From contig JAPTTX010000100.1 in assembly GCA_028068195.1 (NCBI GenBank), positions 35,838 through 99,837 on the forward strand: a stretch of DNA of 64,000 bases, written 5' to 3'. The stretch comes from Gammaproteobacteria bacterium (GTDB lineage: Bacteria > Pseudomonadota > Gammaproteobacteria > Acidiferrobacterales > UBA6901). The notes beneath the pieces were generated by a model. The model had not been told where the DNA came from. It searched no databases and was given only the letters and a program-made list of their open reading frames with translations. Of the stretch, positions 43,535-55,608 are shown piece after piece. Positions within the stretch are counted from its first letter, which is position 1. The number at the start of each line of letters is the position of its first letter. The position numbers and the translations under genes were made by a program.

Positions 43535-44134
43535 TCAGACGCGGGCATGCTGCGGTGCCAGCAGCCGGCGCACTGGGGCAAAGCTGCGCCGGTGCGCCGG
43601 ACTGACGCCGATACGCTCCAGCGCAGACAGGTGCTGGGGCGTCGGATAGCCTTTGTGGCGGGCAAAATCATAGCCCGGATGGATTCCGTCCAGGGCGCAC
43701 ATCTCGGCATCGCGCGCCACCTTGGCGAGGATTGATGCGGCCGAAATTGCCGGCTCCGTGGCATCTCCCCGCACGATCGCGCGGGCAGCACACTGCAGGC
43801 GCGGCACCTGGTTGCCGTCGATAAGCGCCTGCGCGGGCGCCGGATCCAGGGCGGCAACCGCCCGGCTCATGGCCAGCAGGCTCGCCTGAAGGATATTCAG
43901 ACGGTCTATTTCCTCGACCGAAGCGGAGGCTACGGCCCAGCCCAGGGCGCGAATACGGATTTCCGCGGCAAGCTCCTCGCGCCTCGCGGGCGCGACGATC
44001 TTCGAATCAGCGAGCCCTGCTATCGGATGACCGGGATCAAGAATCACCGCCGCCGCCATGACCGGACCCGCCAGGGGTCCGCGGCCGGCTTCGTCCACCC
44101 CGGCCACGAGCAAGACGCCGTGCCTGTCGCTCAT
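43535..44134 (-). CDS. rnhB: Ribonuclease HII
   Basis: [16 protein letters not shown]...DSK motif. The start overlaps the lpxB stop (ATGA). Confidence 0.95.
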   Translation of the reverse strand: MSDRHGVLLVAGVDEAGRGPLAGPVMAAAVILDPGHPIAGLADSKIVAPARREELAAEIRIRALGWAVASASVEEIDRLNILQASLLAMSRAVAALDPAPAQALIDGNQVPRLQCAARAIVRGDATEPAISAASILAKVARDAEMCALDGIHPGYDFARHKGYPTPQHLSALERIGVSPAHRRSFAPVRRLLAPQHARV

Positions 44135-45297
44135 GCCATCGCCCGGCCGAGCTCCTGCAGAACGGCCTCAGCCGCTCGCTCGCTGGCGCCACGTCGCAGC
44201 TGCTCGTGAATTTGTCCGAAGGCATCGAGCGTATCGCGCGCCGGACCCGGATGGGTGAGCTGGTATTCGATCTCGATCCCGAGCTTCCGGGGCACTGCGT
44301 CGTGCTGCAGCAGCTCCGGGACCAGCGCACGTCCGGCAAGATTATTAGGCATCGAGTAGCGGCGCACGTGCGACAACATCTTGATCAGCACATAACTCAG
44401 CCGCGACACGCGGTAGGTGACAACCATCAGCCGCTTGAGCAGAAGCGCCTCCAGCGTCGCAGTTCCAGACGCCACCAGGGCCACATCAGCAGCGCCCAGG
44501 GCATCGCGCGAATGGCCATGCAGGCGCGTGAGCGGCAGATCCCAGGCGCTGTTGCGTTTTACCGCATCCTCAAATATCTGCCGCGTCTCGCGGTTCACGA
44601 ACGGCACGATGAACTGCATCTCGGGATGGCGGTTCTGCAGCCACAGCGCCGTCATCACGAAGATGTCGGCAAGCGCGTGCAGTTCACTCACGCGGCTACC
44701 GGGCAGGAGCGCAACGATGATCTTGTCCTGGGGCAGCTTCAGGCGCGCACGCACCTGGCGCATGTCCACTTGATCTGGAATCTCATCGGCCAGCGGGTGT
44801 CCGACGAACTCGACCGGGACGCCGTGTGTCCGGTAGAACTGCTCTTCGAAGGGAAACAGTGTCAGCATGCGGTTGACCGCCTTACGGATCTTGTGCACGC
44901 GGTAGCTGCGCCATGCCCATACCTGCGGACTGACATAGTGGACGGTGCGGATTCCGGCACGCCTGAGTGCATGCTCCAGGCCCAGATTGAATCCGGGTGA
45001 ATCAATGCCGATGAACAGGTCCGGCGGGTTTTCCAGGAAATGGCGCCGCAGGCGGGCGCGTATGGCGCGCAGCTCGCGGTAACGGCCCAGCACCTCGGTC
45101 AGTCCGAGCACCGACAGCCTCTCCATGGGGAAAAGGCTGCGGCAGCCAAGCGCGACCATCTCCGGCCCCCCGATGCCTTCGAATTCAACCGCCGGGAGCC
45201 GTTTGCTCAGCGCCGCCATCAGGCGTGCGCCCAGCAGATCCCCGGACATCTCGCCAGCGACGACGCCGATGCGTACGGTCGTATTGGATTGCGGCAT
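44131..45297 (-). CDS. lpxB: Lipid-A-disaccharide synthase
   Basis: [18 protein letters not shown]...[10 protein letters not shown]; sits in the conserved lpx cluster. Confidence 0.95.
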   Translation of the reverse strand: MPQSNTTVRIGVVAGEMSGDLLGARLMAALSKRLPAVEFEGIGGPEMVALGCRSLFPMERLSVLGLTEVLGRYRELRAIRARLRRHFLENPPDLFIGIDSPGFNLGLEHALRRAGIRTVHYVSPQVWAWRSYRVHKIRKAVNRMLTLFPFEEQFYRTHGVPVEFVGHPLADEIPDQVDMRQVRARLKLPQDKIIVALLPGSRVSELHALADIFVMTALWLQNRHPEMQFIVPFVNRETRQIFEDAVKRNSAWDLPLTRLHGHSRDALGAADVALVASGTATLEALLLKRLMVVTYRVSRLSYVLIKMLSHVRRYSMPNNLAGRALVPELLQHDAVPRKLGIEIEYQLTHPGPARDTLDAFGQIHEQLRRGASERAAEAVLQELGRAMA

Positions 45298-45312
45298 TTC
45301 TGTTCACATGCC

Positions 45313-46083
45313 CTAGCGTATGATGCCGCGATCCGACTGCCGGATGAAATCAGCGAGGTACCGGACTTCTTCGTGTTCCTGGGCCAGACTGTCCAGGCGT
45401 TCGAGGGCCTCGTCCAGCTTCAGTCCCGATCGGTAGATTATCTTATAAGCGCGCCGCAGCGAATCGATCGCGGTCTCCGAAAAGCCGCGCCGCTTCAGAC
45501 CGCGCAGATTGAGCCCGTAGGGCCTGGCCGTGTTCCCGGATGCAAGGAGAAAGGGCGGCACATCCTTGAAAGTTATGGTCGCGATGCCCGTCATACAATG
45601 CGCTCCGACGCGGCAAAACTGGTGGATGCCGGTGAATCCGCCGAGAATCGCGTAGTCGCCGACGGACACGTGCCCTGCGAGGGTCGCACAGTTGGCGAAT
45701 ACCGTCTTGTTGCCGACCTGGCAGTCATGCGCAACGTGAACATACGCCATGAAAAGGTTGTCGTCACCGATGCGCGTGGTTCCGCCACCGCCTGCCGTCC
45801 CGCGGCTGAATGTGCAGTACTCACGCACAGTATTGCGGTCCCCGACTTCCAGGCGGGTCGATTCACCCGCGTACTTCAGGTCCTGCGGCACCTCACCGAG
45901 CGAGGAGAACTGATAGATCCGGTTCTGCTTTCCGATACGCGTCGGACCGTTTATGACCACGTGCGGACCGATCCAGGTGCCGTCGCCGATCTCCACCTCT
46001 GGGCCGATGACGGAGAACGGGCCGACATGCACGTTCTCTCCCAGACGCGCAGAGGGATCTATGATTGCCTGCTGATGAATCAC
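45313..46083 (-). CDS. lpxA: Acyl-ACP--UDP-N-acetylglucosamine O-acyltransferase
   Basis: Left-handed beta-helix hexapeptide repeats (IDPSARLGENVHVGPFSVIGPEVEIGDGTWIG). The GTG start follows the fabZ stop directly. Confidence 0.95.
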   Translation of the reverse strand: MIHQQAIIDPSARLGENVHVGPFSVIGPEVEIGDGTWIGPHVVINGPTRIGKQNRIYQFSSLGEVPQDLKYAGESTRLEVGDRNTVREYCTFSRGTAGGGGTTRIGDDNLFMAYVHVAHDCQVGNKTVFANCATLAGHVSVGDYAILGGFTGIHQFCRVGAHCMTGIATITFKDVPPFLLASGNTARPYGLNLRGLKRRGFSETAIDSLRRAYKIIYRSGLKLDEALERLDSLAQEHEEVRYLADFIRQSDRGIIR

Positions 46084-46530
46084 CTACTCGAATTCCTTGT
46101 ACGTGCACATCAGTTCCGCGCTGCAACACAGTTCGCCTTCCACCTTGGCGGTGGCATTATACTTGTATATGCCGTGCATCTTCCGGGTCAGCGATACCTG
46201 GATGTACAGCTGGTCACCGGGCTCCACCGGGCGTTTGAAGCGCGCCCTGTCAATCCCGACGAACAGATACACCGAGTTCTGTGTCGGAAGGGTCTGCGCC
46301 GACCTGAACGAGAGCACCCCGCAGGCCTGCGCCATGGCCTCGACCACAAGCACGCCCGGCATGACCGGACGGTTCGGAAAGTGCCCCTGGAAAAACGGCT
46401 CGTTGATGGTGACGTTCTTGATCGCCACCAGGGATTCGTCGGGTGTGAATTCCAGTACCCGGTCAATCAGCAGAAACGGATAGCGATGCGGGAGATGTTT
46501 CAGTACGCTGTAAATATCAAAACTAGTCAA
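46084..46530 (-). CDS. fabZ: 3-hydroxyacyl-ACP dehydratase FabZ
   Basis: [13 protein letters not shown]...[20 protein letters not shown] at 46530 with SD GAGGGAGAA gives 148 aa; the longer track ORF runs into lpxD. Confidence 0.93.
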   Translation of the reverse strand: MTSFDIYSVLKHLPHRYPFLLIDRVLEFTPDESLVAIKNVTINEPFFQGHFPNRPVMPGVLVVEAMAQACGVLSFRSAQTLPTQNSVYLFVGIDRARFKRPVEPGDQLYIQVSLTRKMHGIYKYNATAKVEGELCCSAELMCTYKEFE

Positions 46531-47566
46531 GTTTTTCTCCCTCAATGAGCATCTGCACCTTGTGTTCCAGTTCTTTGACCCGACGCACGAGCGCATCCAG
46601 CTGGCGCAGTCTCGCCGCATTTTTTCGCCACGAACCAGCCTCTTCAGACGAGATCGCCGAAGAATAGACCCCTGGTTTCGTGATCGATCCGGATACCAGT
46701 GACGTGCCAGTTACATGCACATCGTCGGCAATTTCCAGATGCCCGGCGATTCCGGCCCGCCCGCCAAAGGTGCAGCGCTTGCCGATGACGACGCTTCCAG
46801 CGACACCCACGAACGCCGCCATTGCCGTATGTTCGCCGATTTGCACGTTGTGCGCAATTTGAATCAGATTGTCGAGCTTGACGCCATCCGCAATGACCGT
46901 ATCGCCCAGCGCCCCCCGATCTATCGTGGTGTTGGATCCGACATCGACATCATCACCCAGCACTGCTCGTCCGAGCTGCGGCACCTTGATCCAGCGCGCA
47001 CCATCGTGCGCATAGCCAAAACCGTCACTGCCTATGACCGCACCCGGATGAATGATGCAGCGCTTTCCCACGACGCATCCGCGGCATATCGTCACGTGCG
47101 CAACCAGGCGGCTGTCGGCTCCGATCGTGGCGTCGCGGTCGACGAAACATCCCGGTCCGATAAACACGTTGTCCGCGACAATAGCGCCCTCCGCCACCAC
47201 CGAATGCGGACCGATCCAGGCCGTAGCCGAGACCTGCGCGCCGTGCGCGACAACGGCGCTAGGGTGAGTCCCCGGCTCCCAGGCCGGCTCCGGATTGAGC
47301 AGCCCGGCCACCCGCGCGAAACACAGATGCGGATTGTCGACAATCAGCGCGTTTCCCGCGAAATGCCGGACGTCATTCTCGGTCAGGATGACCGCCGCAG
47401 CGCGGGTGGTGGCGAGATATCGGTGAAAATTCGGATTGGCCAGGAACGCGATATCGTACGGCCCCGCGTCCGCCAGGGTCGCTACCCCACGGATTTCGCG
47501 CGCCCCATCGCCCCGCACCTGCCCGCGAAGTCGCCGTGCCAGCTCTTCTAGTGTGACCACCGCCAT
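46523..47566 (-). CDS. lpxD: UDP-3-O-acylglucosamine N-acyltransferase
   Basis: N-terminal LpxD domain, hexapeptide repeats and a C-terminal helix; sits in the conserved position. Confidence 0.95.
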   Translation of the reverse strand: MAVVTLEELARRLRGQVRGDGAREIRGVATLADAGPYDIAFLANPNFHRYLATTRAAAVILTENDVRHFAGNALIVDNPHLCFARVAGLLNPEPAWEPGTHPSAVVAHGAQVSATAWIGPHSVVAEGAIVADNVFIGPGCFVDRDATIGADSRLVAHVTICRGCVVGKRCIIHPGAVIGSDGFGYAHDGARWIKVPQLGRAVLGDDVDVGSNTTIDRGALGDTVIADGVKLDNLIQIAHNVQIGEHTAMAAFVGVAGSVVIGKRCTFGGRAGIAGHLEIADDVHVTGTSLVSGSITKPGVYSSAISSEEAGSWRKNAARLRQLDALVRRVKELEHKVQMLIEGEKLD

Positions 47567-47669
47567 CGCCGATCCGGATTATCGCATACCCAGCGCCTGC
47601 CGGCTGCCGGCAGCGCCAAACGCCGCCCGCCGCTCCCGTCCGCCTTGCCGCACACGCTCCAGCCGTGCG

Positions 47670-49967
47670 TCACTGGAACGTCGTGCCCAGCGTAAACTGG
47701 AACATCTGCGTGTTATCGCCGGGCTGCTTGTTTAGCGGCTCCGCCACACTAATGCTCAGCGGTCCCACCGGAGAATACCAGTGGAAAGCAAGGCCTGCTG
47801 CATAGCGCAACTGTCCGAGCTGTAGCGGCTGGCCTGTGCCGTACACCATACCGGCATCCGTGAACACACTCAAGCGCATGGACTTGTTGTCGGCCGAAGC
47901 GCCGGGAACCGGAAACAGCAGCGAGATGTTGGCGAGCACCCGCTTGTTGCCGCCAATGGGGAGCGTCGGGTTTGGGCCGCCGATATCCTTCGGACCCAGG
48001 GACTCGGGGCTGAAACCGCGCACTGTGCTGCTGCCGCCGGCATAGAAGTTCTTGTAAAACGGCAGATCCTGGGTATTGCCGTAGCCGCCACCAAAATCGT
48101 ATTCGGCGCGTCCTTCAAGGGTAAAGCGCTGACTGAGTGGTTGGTAGGCGCCAGTCTTCAGCCGGACCAGATAGTATTCCAGGTTGCTCCCCGGCACTGT
48201 CACCTCGGTCTGTACGCGCTGATAGTCTCCCTTTCTTGGGAAGATCGGGTTGTCGAGGGTATTGCGTTCCCAGCCCAGCGTGCCTTTCACGACGCTGTTG
48301 TCGGTACCGTATTTGGCGACGAAGTTCTGCGCAACCAAGGCGCTGGCCGCATCGACGCCAAGTGCCACCCGCTCCACACCCAGACCGATATTCACGGTGC
48401 GGAATTCCCCGATCGGGATGCCGTAGAGCACGGCGGCGCCGACCGTACTGGAATCGTACGCCGCGATATAGGCGGCTGAGGCGTTGATCTGGTCGTCGTA
48501 GATCGACAGGCTGCGACTCACTCCGTTCAGCGTGTAGTACGGGTTGGTATAGGTGACGTCGACGTGCTTGTCGTAGCTGCTGGTATCGACACTCGTGCTG
48601 AGCTGTTTGCCGGTACCGAACAGATTCTGGAAAGTCACGCTCGCGGTAAGCATCAGGTGATCCACATCGGAATACCCGACCCCGGCCATGAAGCTGTTGG
48701 CCATGCGCTCCTTGACGGTGACGTTCATGTCGACCTCGTCGGACGTGCCCGGTACCGCAGGAGTCTGGACGTTAACGCTGTCGAACAGCCCCAGCCGCTG
48801 CAGACGTCGACGCGACAACTTGATCTTGGACGCCGAAAACCACGCGCCCTCGAACTGCCGCATCTCGCGCCGCAACACATCGTCGTCAGTACTGTTGTTT
48901 CCGAAGAAGTTCACGCGCCGCACGTACACGCGCCGGCCGGGATCGACATAGAACGTGAACGCCACGGTACCGTTCTTGCGATCGACTTCAGGCACCGCGT
49001 TCACGTTCGCAAACGCATAACCGAGATCGCCGAGACGCGTCGATATGCGCTTGCTGCTGTCGACAACTTCCTTGCGCGAGAATACCGCACCCGGCTTGAT
49101 GCTGATGAGCGACTTCATGACCCGCTCCGGCAGTACCAGGTTACCTGCCAGCTTGTAGCCAGAAACCGTGTAGCGCCGGCCCTCGGTGAGGTTGACCGTG
49201 ATGTAGATCTGGCGCTTGTCCGGCGTGATGGACACCTCGGTGGAGTCGATGTTGAAATTCAGGAAGCCGCGATTCTGGTAGAAGGCACGCAGGTTCTCAA
49301 GGTCTCCGGCAAGCTGCTGCTTAGAGTACTGGTCGTTCTTGGTCAAAAAGCTGAACAGCGTCGGAGTGCTCAGCTTGAACGTGCTGAGAAGTTTCTTCTC
49401 CGAGAAACTGTGGTTACCGACAATGGTGATCTGTCTGATCTTGGCGATCTGCCCCTCGGAGACCGCGATATCCACGTCAACCCGGTTACGGGGCCGCGGC
49501 GTCACTGTGGTTTTGATCTGCACCGCATAGTAACCGCGCGAGAAATACTGGCCCTTCAGCTCCTGCTCCATCTGGTCCAGAACCGACTTGTCGAGGACCC
49601 GGCCCTTCGCAAGCCCCACCTGATCGAGGCCCTTCTTCAGCGTGCTCTTGCTGATCTCCTTGACGCCGGTAATCTTTATGCTTGCGATGGACGGACGTTC
49701 GACAACTTTGACGATCAGCGTGCTGCCGCTGCGGTCAAGGGTGACGTCGCGGAAGAATCCGGTCCTGAACAGCGCCTTGATTGCGTCGCGTGCACGTCTG
49801 TCAGTCACGGTGCTGCCGACCTTGATCGGCAGGTAGTTGAATACCGTACCCGCGGAAATGCGCTGCAGCCCGACGACACGGATATCCCTGACCACGAAGG
49901 ACTCGATCGCATAGGCGGGAGTAGCAAACAGCAAGCACAGAAGCAGAACCGCAGGAAGTACTTTCAT
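47670..49967 (-). CDS. bamA: Outer membrane protein assembly factor BamA
   Basis: Signal peptide (...ATPAYA|IE), POTRA repeats (VRDIRVVGLQRIS...) and a C-terminal barrel ending FQFTLGTTF. Confidence 0.96.
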   Translation of the reverse strand: MKVLPAVLLLCLLFATPAYAIESFVVRDIRVVGLQRISAGTVFNYLPIKVGSTVTDRRARDAIKALFRTGFFRDVTLDRSGSTLIVKVVERPSIASIKITGVKEISKSTLKKGLDQVGLAKGRVLDKSVLDQMEQELKGQYFSRGYYAVQIKTTVTPRPRNRVDVDIAVSEGQIAKIRQITIVGNHSFSEKKLLSTFKLSTPTLFSFLTKNDQYSKQQLAGDLENLRAFYQNRGFLNFNIDSTEVSITPDKRQIYITVNLTEGRRYTVSGYKLAGNLVLPERVMKSLISIKPGAVFSRKEVVDSSKRISTRLGDLGYAFANVNAVPEVDRKNGTVAFTFYVDPGRRVYVRRVNFFGNNSTDDDVLRREMRQFEGAWFSASKIKLSRRRLQRLGLFDSVNVQTPAVPGTSDEVDMNVTVKERMANSFMAGVGYSDVDHLMLTASVTFQNLFGTGKQLSTSVDTSSYDKHVDVTYTNPYYTLNGVSRSLSIYDDQINASAAYIAAYDSSTVGAAVLYGIPIGEFRTVNIGLGVERVALGVDAASALVAQNFVAKYGTDNSVVKGTLGWERNTLDNPIFPRKGDYQRVQTEVTVPGSNLEYYLVRLKTGAYQPLSQRFTLEGRAEYDFGGGYGNTQDLPFYKNFYAGGSSTVRGFSPESLGPKDIGGPNPTLPIGGNKRVLANISLLFPVPGASADNKSMRLSVFTDAGMVYGTGQPLQLGQLRYAAGLAFHWYSPVGPLSISVAEPLNKQPGDNTQMFQFTLGTTFQ

Positions 49968-50006
49968 TATCTAATTTATTTCAGGCGGCGGTAATTGTTG
50001 AGTTGG

Positions 50007-51371
50007 CTATTGCAGCAGTCTGACGAAGTCATTGTAGAATGCCAGCGCCATCAGGGCGGCCAGCAGAATCACGCCGACCTGCTGGCCCCAGTACAGCGCT
50101 CGCTCCGGCAGCGGACCGCCCTTGATCGCCTCGATCACGTACACCAGAAGGTGTCCCCCGTCCAAAACCGGAACCGGCAACAGATTCAGCACACCGAGAC
50201 TGATGCTGATCACCGCAAGGAACATGAGAAACCGCCCGAACCCGATACGGGCGGTATATCCGGCATAGCGGGCTATGGTGATCGGCCCGCTGATTGTACG
50301 GGTAGATACCTTGAGTTCCAGCATCTTCACCAGCATCTTCACTGTGATCGAAGACATGAGCCAGGTGTCCTCCGCGCTCTGGCGCAGCGCGCTCCACGGA
50401 TTGAGCCGGACCAGCACGCGCATGTCTGCGGGCACCTGCGGCGGCTTGACGCCGACCCCGATGCGGCCGATCCGCTGGCCGCCGCTGACGACCGTCTCCG
50501 GCGTCAGGGAGAAGCTGATTCTGGCCCCTGCCCGCTCCACGGTGAGGCGGATGCGGCGTTCGGCGCTTGCGCGGATCGTGGAGACCACGTCGTCCCACGA
50601 GCGTATCGGCTTGCCGTTGATGCTGACCATGCGGTCTCCCGGCTCAAGACCGGCCTTCGCCGCCGGACTCCCGGAGATCACTGTCCCAATGACCGGCGCC
50701 ACCCGGGGCGAATACCCGAACAGTCCGGTCGCGGTCTCCAGCATGCCCGAGCTTATGCGGTTGGCCGACAGCGACGACAAGTCCAGTATCCGTGTCTCGA
50801 TCCGCCCCTGTGGATCCCGCACCCTGAACCGTACCCGAGACTTGTCCAGGGCCTTTGCGAAAAGATAAAGCCGCTGCTGATCCCAGCTCAGCGTCGGCCT
50901 GCCATCGATACTGAGGATATCATCCCCCACCTGGAACCCGGCCTTCTGGGCGATCGAGCCCTTTACGACCTTGCCCACGATCGGTTTGATGCCGCTGATG
51001 CCCACCGAGAACAGCGCCCAGTACGCCGCCACCGCGAACAGAAAGTTGAACGCCGGGCCGGCCAGCACCACGGCGCCGCGCTTGACCAGGGGCTGGCGGT
51101 TGAAGGCCCGATGCAAGTCCCCGGGCGGCACTGCGCCTTCGGTCTCGTCAAGCATCTTGACGTAGCCGCCGAGCGGCAGCGCCGCAACCACCAGTTCGGT
51201 CTGGTCGGCACCGAAGCGGCGCGACCACAGCGGCTTGCCGAAGCCCACCGAGAAACGCAATACCTTGATGCCAAGGCGACGCGCAACCCAGTAGTGGCCG
51301 AACTCGTGAACGATGACAAGCACACCGATCGCCACCACGAACGCGAGCGCCGAGTACAGGAAAGTTGTCAC
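50007..51371 (-). CDS. rseP: Site-2 zinc metalloprotease RseP
   Basis: [10 protein letters not shown] (HExxH), PDZ domains and a C-terminal [12 protein letters not shown]. The GTG start overlaps the dxr stop (GTGA). Confidence 0.95.
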   Translation of the reverse strand: MTTFLYSALAFVVAIGVLVIVHEFGHYWVARRLGIKVLRFSVGFGKPLWSRRFGADQTELVVAALPLGGYVKMLDETEGAVPPGDLHRAFNRQPLVKRGAVVLAGPAFNFLFAVAAYWALFSVGISGIKPIVGKVVKGSIAQKAGFQVGDDILSIDGRPTLSWDQQRLYLFAKALDKSRVRFRVRDPQGRIETRILDLSSLSANRISSGMLETATGLFGYSPRVAPVIGTVISGSPAAKAGLEPGDRMVSINGKPIRSWDDVVSTIRASAERRIRLTVERAGARISFSLTPETVVSGGQRIGRIGVGVKPPQVPADMRVLVRLNPWSALRQSAEDTWLMSSITVKMLVKMLELKVSTRTISGPITIARYAGYTARIGFGRFLMFLAVISISLGVLNLLPVPVLDGGHLLVYVIEAIKGGPLPERALYWGQQVGVILLAALMALAFYNDFVRLLQ

Positions 51372-52624
51372 TGAATGCCTCTCTTGGGCCTGCTCGAATA
51401 TCCGGCGATGAACTGCTCCGCCGCCTCGCGGGCGCGCGCATCATCCGCCAGGATTACCGCGAGTTCAGCCTCCTCGTTCATCGAGACCCGAGACAGCACG
51501 TGCTCGATGATCCGCGGTATGTCCGTAAAGCCCACTGCGCCGCCAAGAAACGCGGCTACTGCCACCTCGTTGGCCGCATTGAGAATGGCCGGCGCCGTGC
51601 CCCCGGCGCGCGCCGCCTCCGCCGCCAGACGCAGACACGGAAAGCGCTTCGGGTCGGGGCGTTCGAAGTCGAGCCGGGCCACTTCCACGAGATCGAGCTC
51701 CTTGACACCGGACTCCATGCGGTCGGGCCACGCCAGAGCATGGGCAATCGGCGTACGCATGTCAGGGTTGCCGAGCTGCGCCAGCACCGAGCCGTCCGCA
51801 TAGGAGACGAGCGAATGTATCACGCTTTGCGGGTGGATAACGATCTCAATCTGCTCCGGCACAACACCAAAGAGCCGGCAAGCCTCGATCATCTCCAGGC
51901 CCTTGTTCATGAGGGTGGCCGAATCGACTGAAATCTTCCTGCCCATCACCCAGCGCGGATGGGCGCAGGCCTGTTCGGGCGTGACGCCGGCCAGTTCTGC
52001 CAGTGGGGTGGTACGAAACGGTCCGCCCGAGCAGGTCAGCAGGATCTTGCGCACCCCCGGACTCAGGACTCCAGCCCGAAATCCGCCTGGCAGGCATTGA
52101 AAAATGGCATTATGCTCGCTGTCGACCGGCAACAATTCCGCCCCGGAGCGGCCCGCCTCCTGCATCAGGATATGGCCGGACATGACGAGCGGCTCCTTGT
52201 TGGCAAGCAGCACGCGTTTTCCATGGCGCACGGCGGAGAGTGTCGGCAGCAGTCCTGCGGCACCTACGATCGCGGCCACGACGATATTGCTTTGCGCCAG
52301 CGCCGCCGCCCTGGCAAGCCCTTCCTCGCCGGAGAGGACCTCGGTCGGCAGCTGCAGCCCGGCGAGCGCGCTGCGAAGCTCCCCGGCCGCCTGCGGGTCC
52401 CGCATTACAGCCACATCCGGGACGTGCCGGCGGCACTGCTCGAGCAGCCGTTCGACCTGACTGTTGGCAGTCAGGGCAACGACCCGGAAGCGGTGCGGAT
52501 GGCGCACCAGGACATCGAGCGCGCTGACGCCGATCGAGCCAGTGGACCCGAGTATCGTGACGCCCCGCATACCTCCGGAGCGCCTATCCGGCGGCGGGCT
52601 CACGGTATTCCGCAGGCTGGTCAT
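51368..52624 (-). CDS. dxr: 1-deoxy-D-xylulose-5-phosphate reductoisomerase
   Basis: [17 protein letters not shown]... The ATG at 52624 overlaps the cdsA stop (ATGA) and has GAGG 8 nt upstream. An alternative ATG at 52570 gives a more canonical N-terminus ([14 protein letters not shown]). Confidence 0.93.
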   Translation of the reverse strand: MTSLRNTVSPPPDRRSGGMRGVTILGSTGSIGVSALDVLVRHPHRFRVVALTANSQVERLLEQCRRHVPDVAVMRDPQAAGELRSALAGLQLPTEVLSGEEGLARAAALAQSNIVVAAIVGAAGLLPTLSAVRHGKRVLLANKEPLVMSGHILMQEAGRSGAELLPVDSEHNAIFQCLPGGFRAGVLSPGVRKILLTCSGGPFRTTPLAELAGVTPEQACAHPRWVMGRKISVDSATLMNKGLEMIEACRLFGVVPEQIEIVIHPQSVIHSLVSYADGSVLAQLGNPDMRTPIAHALAWPDRMESGVKELDLVEVARLDFERPDPKRFPCLRLAAEAARAGGTAPAILNAANEVAVAAFLGGAVGFTDIPRIIEHVLSRVSMNEEAELAVILADDARAREAAEQFIAGYSSRPKRGIQ

Positions 52625-53436
52625 AGCAATGGCCTCAGCAGCAGCCATCCGAAAACGAATACCGGGGCCGCCGCGGTAAGGGCATCAACCCGGTCGAGCA
52701 CTCCGCCATGGCCGGGCAAGAGCGTCCCGCTGTCCTTGACTCCGGCGATGCGCTTTGCCCGGCTCTCCACAAGGTCACCCAGCACGGAGAAAAGCGTCGC
52801 CACCACCGCGATCACAAGCCACAGCGCCAGTGACGGCGCCTTCAGTTTCCATATGTACTTCCCGCAGGCAAGCGCCAGCACCGATACCATGACCACGCCG
52901 CCCAGGAGCCCCTCGAGGCTCTTTCCGGGGCTGATATGGGGCGCAATCTTGGTCCGCCCCCAGGGCCTGCCAACAAAGTATGCGCCGGAATCAGCCATCC
53001 ACACCAATACCATGATGAACAGGGTAAGCCGCGGGCCGCCGCTACCCCGGGCATGGACGGCGAGCGGGGCTATCCACGCCGGAATCAGAATGAAGAAACC
53101 ACTCAGGCGCCGGCCGAACGGCGTCGCCAGAAACCCCTGCCGCAAATCGGGATAACGGACAAGCTCATACAGGGCCCAGAGCCACCAGGCCACCGCCGCA
53201 AGCATTACCGGCAGCGCCGGCACTTGCCAGAGCGCCAGTCCGGCGGACGCCAGCACGGCGACATACAGGATACGCCACAGCCGCCTGGACAGACCGCACA
53301 GCGCCGTCCATTCCCACGCCGCCGCGATGAAAAAAAATGCGAACAAACCCGCGAGTTGGGGGGTGGTGAGCGCAAACGTTGCCCATACTATGAGCGGCAC
53401 CAGAACCGCAGCGGTCAGGACGCGCAGCCTAAGCAC
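52621..53436 (-). CDS. cdsA: Phosphatidate cytidylyltransferase
   Basis: Multi-TM protein with the C-terminal signature [28 protein letters not shown]. The GTG start overlaps the uppS 3' end by 8 nt. Confidence 0.93.
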   Translation of the reverse strand: MLRLRVLTAAVLVPLIVWATFALTTPQLAGLFAFFFIAAAWEWTALCGLSRRLWRILYVAVLASAGLALWQVPALPVMLAAVAWWLWALYELVRYPDLRQGFLATPFGRRLSGFFILIPAWIAPLAVHARGSGGPRLTLFIMVLVWMADSGAYFVGRPWGRTKIAPHISPGKSLEGLLGGVVMVSVLALACGKYIWKLKAPSLALWLVIAVVATLFSVLGDLVESRAKRIAGVKDSGTLLPGHGGVLDRVDALTAAAPVFVFGWLLLRPLL

Positions 53437-54253
53437 GCTTACCGGAGCTCCCCGATGCGGCAGCTTCGATCTGCTCCCCGGTGTGGCCGAAGCGGCGCTG
53501 CCTTGAGGCGTATGACGCCAACGCAGCCTCGAACTGACTCCGGTCGAAATCGGGCCAGAGCACCGGCGTGAAATAGAGTTCGGTGTATGCCAGCTGCCAC
53601 AACAGGAAATTGCTCACGCGCTGCTCGCCACCGGTCCTGATAAACAGGTCCGGCTCCGGAATTTTTGCCATGCTGAGGAAGGGTTCGAGACTGTCGGCTG
53701 TGATTGATTCCGGATCCATGGTCCCGGCCGCGACGCGGCGGGCCAGCTCGCGGCAGGCCTGCCCGATATCCCAGCGGCCACCGTAGTTGGCCGCAATTGT
53801 CAGCGTAAGCGCGGAATTGTCGCGAGTGAGCGCCTCGCCCTGCCGTATGCGGTCCGCCAACTTTTCGCCGAACGCCGAGATATCGCCGATCACCCGGAAG
53901 CGAATGTTGTTTTCATGCAGCTTTTTCACCTCCTTGTCGAGCGCCAATCCAAAGAGATGCAGCAGCAGCCGCACCTCAGTCTCGGGACGGCGCCAGTTCT
54001 CGCTGCTGAAGGCAAACAGCGTGAGGTAACGGATACCCTTCTCGCCGCAGGCAGCCACCAGATCACGGACCGCCTCGACTCCGCGGCGGTGGCCGGCGAT
54101 CCGCGGCAGACCCCGGCTGCGGGCCCAGCGCCCGTTGCCGTCCATAATGACCGCAACATGCAGCGGCAGCCGCGGGACCGGAGGGGTCGCTGCGGACGAA
54201 GTGGACGACTTGCTTGGCTCAGACATCTTGCTGAAACGTAATTTCGGACCCAT
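53429..54253 (-). CDS. uppS: Undecaprenyl-diphosphate synthase
   Basis: HVAVIMDGNGRWA...FAFSSENWRRP...RTGGEQRVSNFLLWQ. The start is either 54253 or 54226. Confidence 0.94.
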   Translation of the reverse strand: MGPKLRFSKMSEPSKSSTSSAATPPVPRLPLHVAVIMDGNGRWARSRGLPRIAGHRRGVEAVRDLVAACGEKGIRYLTLFAFSSENWRRPETEVRLLLHLFGLALDKEVKKLHENNIRFRVIGDISAFGEKLADRIRQGEALTRDNSALTLTIAANYGGRWDIGQACRELARRVAAGTMDPESITADSLEPFLSMAKIPEPDLFIRTGGEQRVSNFLLWQLAYTELYFTPVLWPDFDRSQFEAALASYASRQRRFGHTGEQIEAAASGSSGKRA

Positions 54254-54286
54254 TTATCAGACGGGGGAGCGTCGGCGGCACACCGC

Positions 54287-54853
54287 CTAGACCGCCATCA
54301 GATCACGTTCCTTGGCGGCAACCAGCTTGTCCACGTCCGCGGTAAACCGGTCGGTAAGTTTCTGGATCATTTCATGGGCACGCTTCTCGTCGTCCTCGGA
54401 GATCTCCTTCTTCTTAAGAGCCTCCTTGAGATGCGTAAGGCCGTCGCGGCGTACGTTGCGGATAGCGATCTTTGCCTCTTCGCCTTCGTTGCGCACGACC
54501 TTGCCGAGTTCCTTGCGCCGCTCTTCCGTGAGCACCGGAAGCGGGACACGTATCGTCTGCCCGGCCACCGCCGGATTGAGCCCTAGTCCGGACTCCTGGA
54601 TCGCCTTTTCGATGGCCTGGACCATGCTTTTGTCGTATGGCGTCACGGTGAGCGCGCGCGCGTCCGCCACCGCGATGTTGGCCACCTGACTGAGCGGTGC
54701 CCGGCTTCCGTAATACTCCACGTGAATATGCTCGAGCAGGCCGGCATGAGCCCTTCCGGTTCGCACCTTCTCGAGCGCCTGCTTGAGCGTTTCGATCGAC
54801 TTCGCCATCCTGGCTTCGGAGTCCTTGCTGATCCTGCTGATCACTTCATGCAT
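54287..54853 (-). CDS. frr: Ribosome recycling factor
   Basis: An ATG at 54853 (SD GGAG), 4 nt after the pyrH stop, gives a 188-aa Frr-like sequence (...[20 protein letters not shown]...IRNVRRDG). Confidence 0.95.
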   Translation of the reverse strand: MHEVISRISKDSEARMAKSIETLKQALEKVRTGRAHAGLLEHIHVEYYGSRAPLSQVANIAVADARALTVTPYDKSMVQAIEKAIQESGLGLNPAVAGQTIRVPLPVLTEERRKELGKVVRNEGEEAKIAIRNVRRDGLTHLKEALKKKEISEDDEKRAHEMIQKLTDRFTADVDKLVAAKERDLMAV

Positions 54854-54857
54854 GATA

Positions 54858-55604
54858 TCAATCTCCGCGTCTGACCAGCGTGCCTTCATTTTCGCCCCGC
54901 ACGATCCGCATCAGGCTCCCCGGCGAGTTGATGCTGAACACGCGCAGAAGCATGTTTTGCTCGCGGCACAGCGCAATCGCGGTGGCATCCATCACTCCCA
55001 GTCGCTGCTCGAGGGCCTCGTCATACGTAAGCACCTCGTAACGCCGCGCATCGGCATGGCGCATGGGATCCTTCGTGTAAACACCGTCGACCTTGGTCGC
55101 CTTGAGCACGATATCAGCGCCGATTTCCGCGCCCCGCAGGCTCGCAGCCGTATCGGTCGTGAAAAACGGATTCCCGGTTCCGGCGCCGAAAACCACGACC
55201 CGCCCAGACTCGAGATGGGCCAGCGCCGCCCGCCGCGAATACGGCTCGGCAACAGCATCCATGGTCAGCCCCGTGAGCACCACTGCCGGAACCCCCGCCT
55301 GTCGCAGCGCATCCTGCAGCGACAGCGCGTTCATGACCGTGGCCAGCATGCCCATATAATCGGCTGTGACGCGGTCCATGCTCTGGGCGCCGGGCGCGAC
55401 TCCGCGGAAGATGTTTCCTCCACCGATGACCACCGCCAGCTGCACACCGGTATGGACAACTTCCCCGATCTCGCCGACGATACGTCCGAGCACCTGGCGG
55501 TTGATTCCGTAGGAGTCTTCCCCCATCAGCGCCTCTCCGCTCAGTTTGAGCAGGATGCGGCGGTACGCCGGCTTGGCGCCATCCGGGGCGGGCCTGCTGG
55601 CCAA
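54858..55604 (-). CDS. pyrH: UMP kinase
   Basis: [13 protein letters not shown]...[11 protein letters not shown]...[20 protein letters not shown] start with SD GGGGAGG. Confidence 0.95.
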   Translation of the reverse strand: MASRPAPDGAKPAYRRILLKLSGEALMGEDSYGINRQVLGRIVGEIGEVVHTGVQLAVVIGGGNIFRGVAPGAQSMDRVTADYMGMLATVMNALSLQDALRQAGVPAVVLTGLTMDAVAEPYSRRAALAHLESGRVVVFGAGTGNPFFTTDTAASLRGAEIGADIVLKATKVDGVYTKDPMRHADARRYEVLTYDEALEQRLGVMDATAIALCREQNMLLRVFSINSPGSLMRIVRGENEGTLVRRGD

Positions 55605-55608
55605 GGAC

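Noticed and set aside
45040-46548. 502-aa plus-strand ORF. Similar long ORFs occur at 48564..49994, 49995..51374, 13998..15419, 8864..10159, 38772..39758, 3838..4944, 4964..6169, 43379..43735 and, in an alternate frame, 11500..12975.
   Set aside because: All lie antisense to, or out of frame with, genes that have unmistakable conserved motifs (lpxA/fabZ, bamA, rseP, the Wzy-like gene, the asnB-like gene, accA and others). Their translations are Arg/His/Pro/Gly-rich low-complexity sequence. These are classic shadow ORFs of GC-rich DNA.
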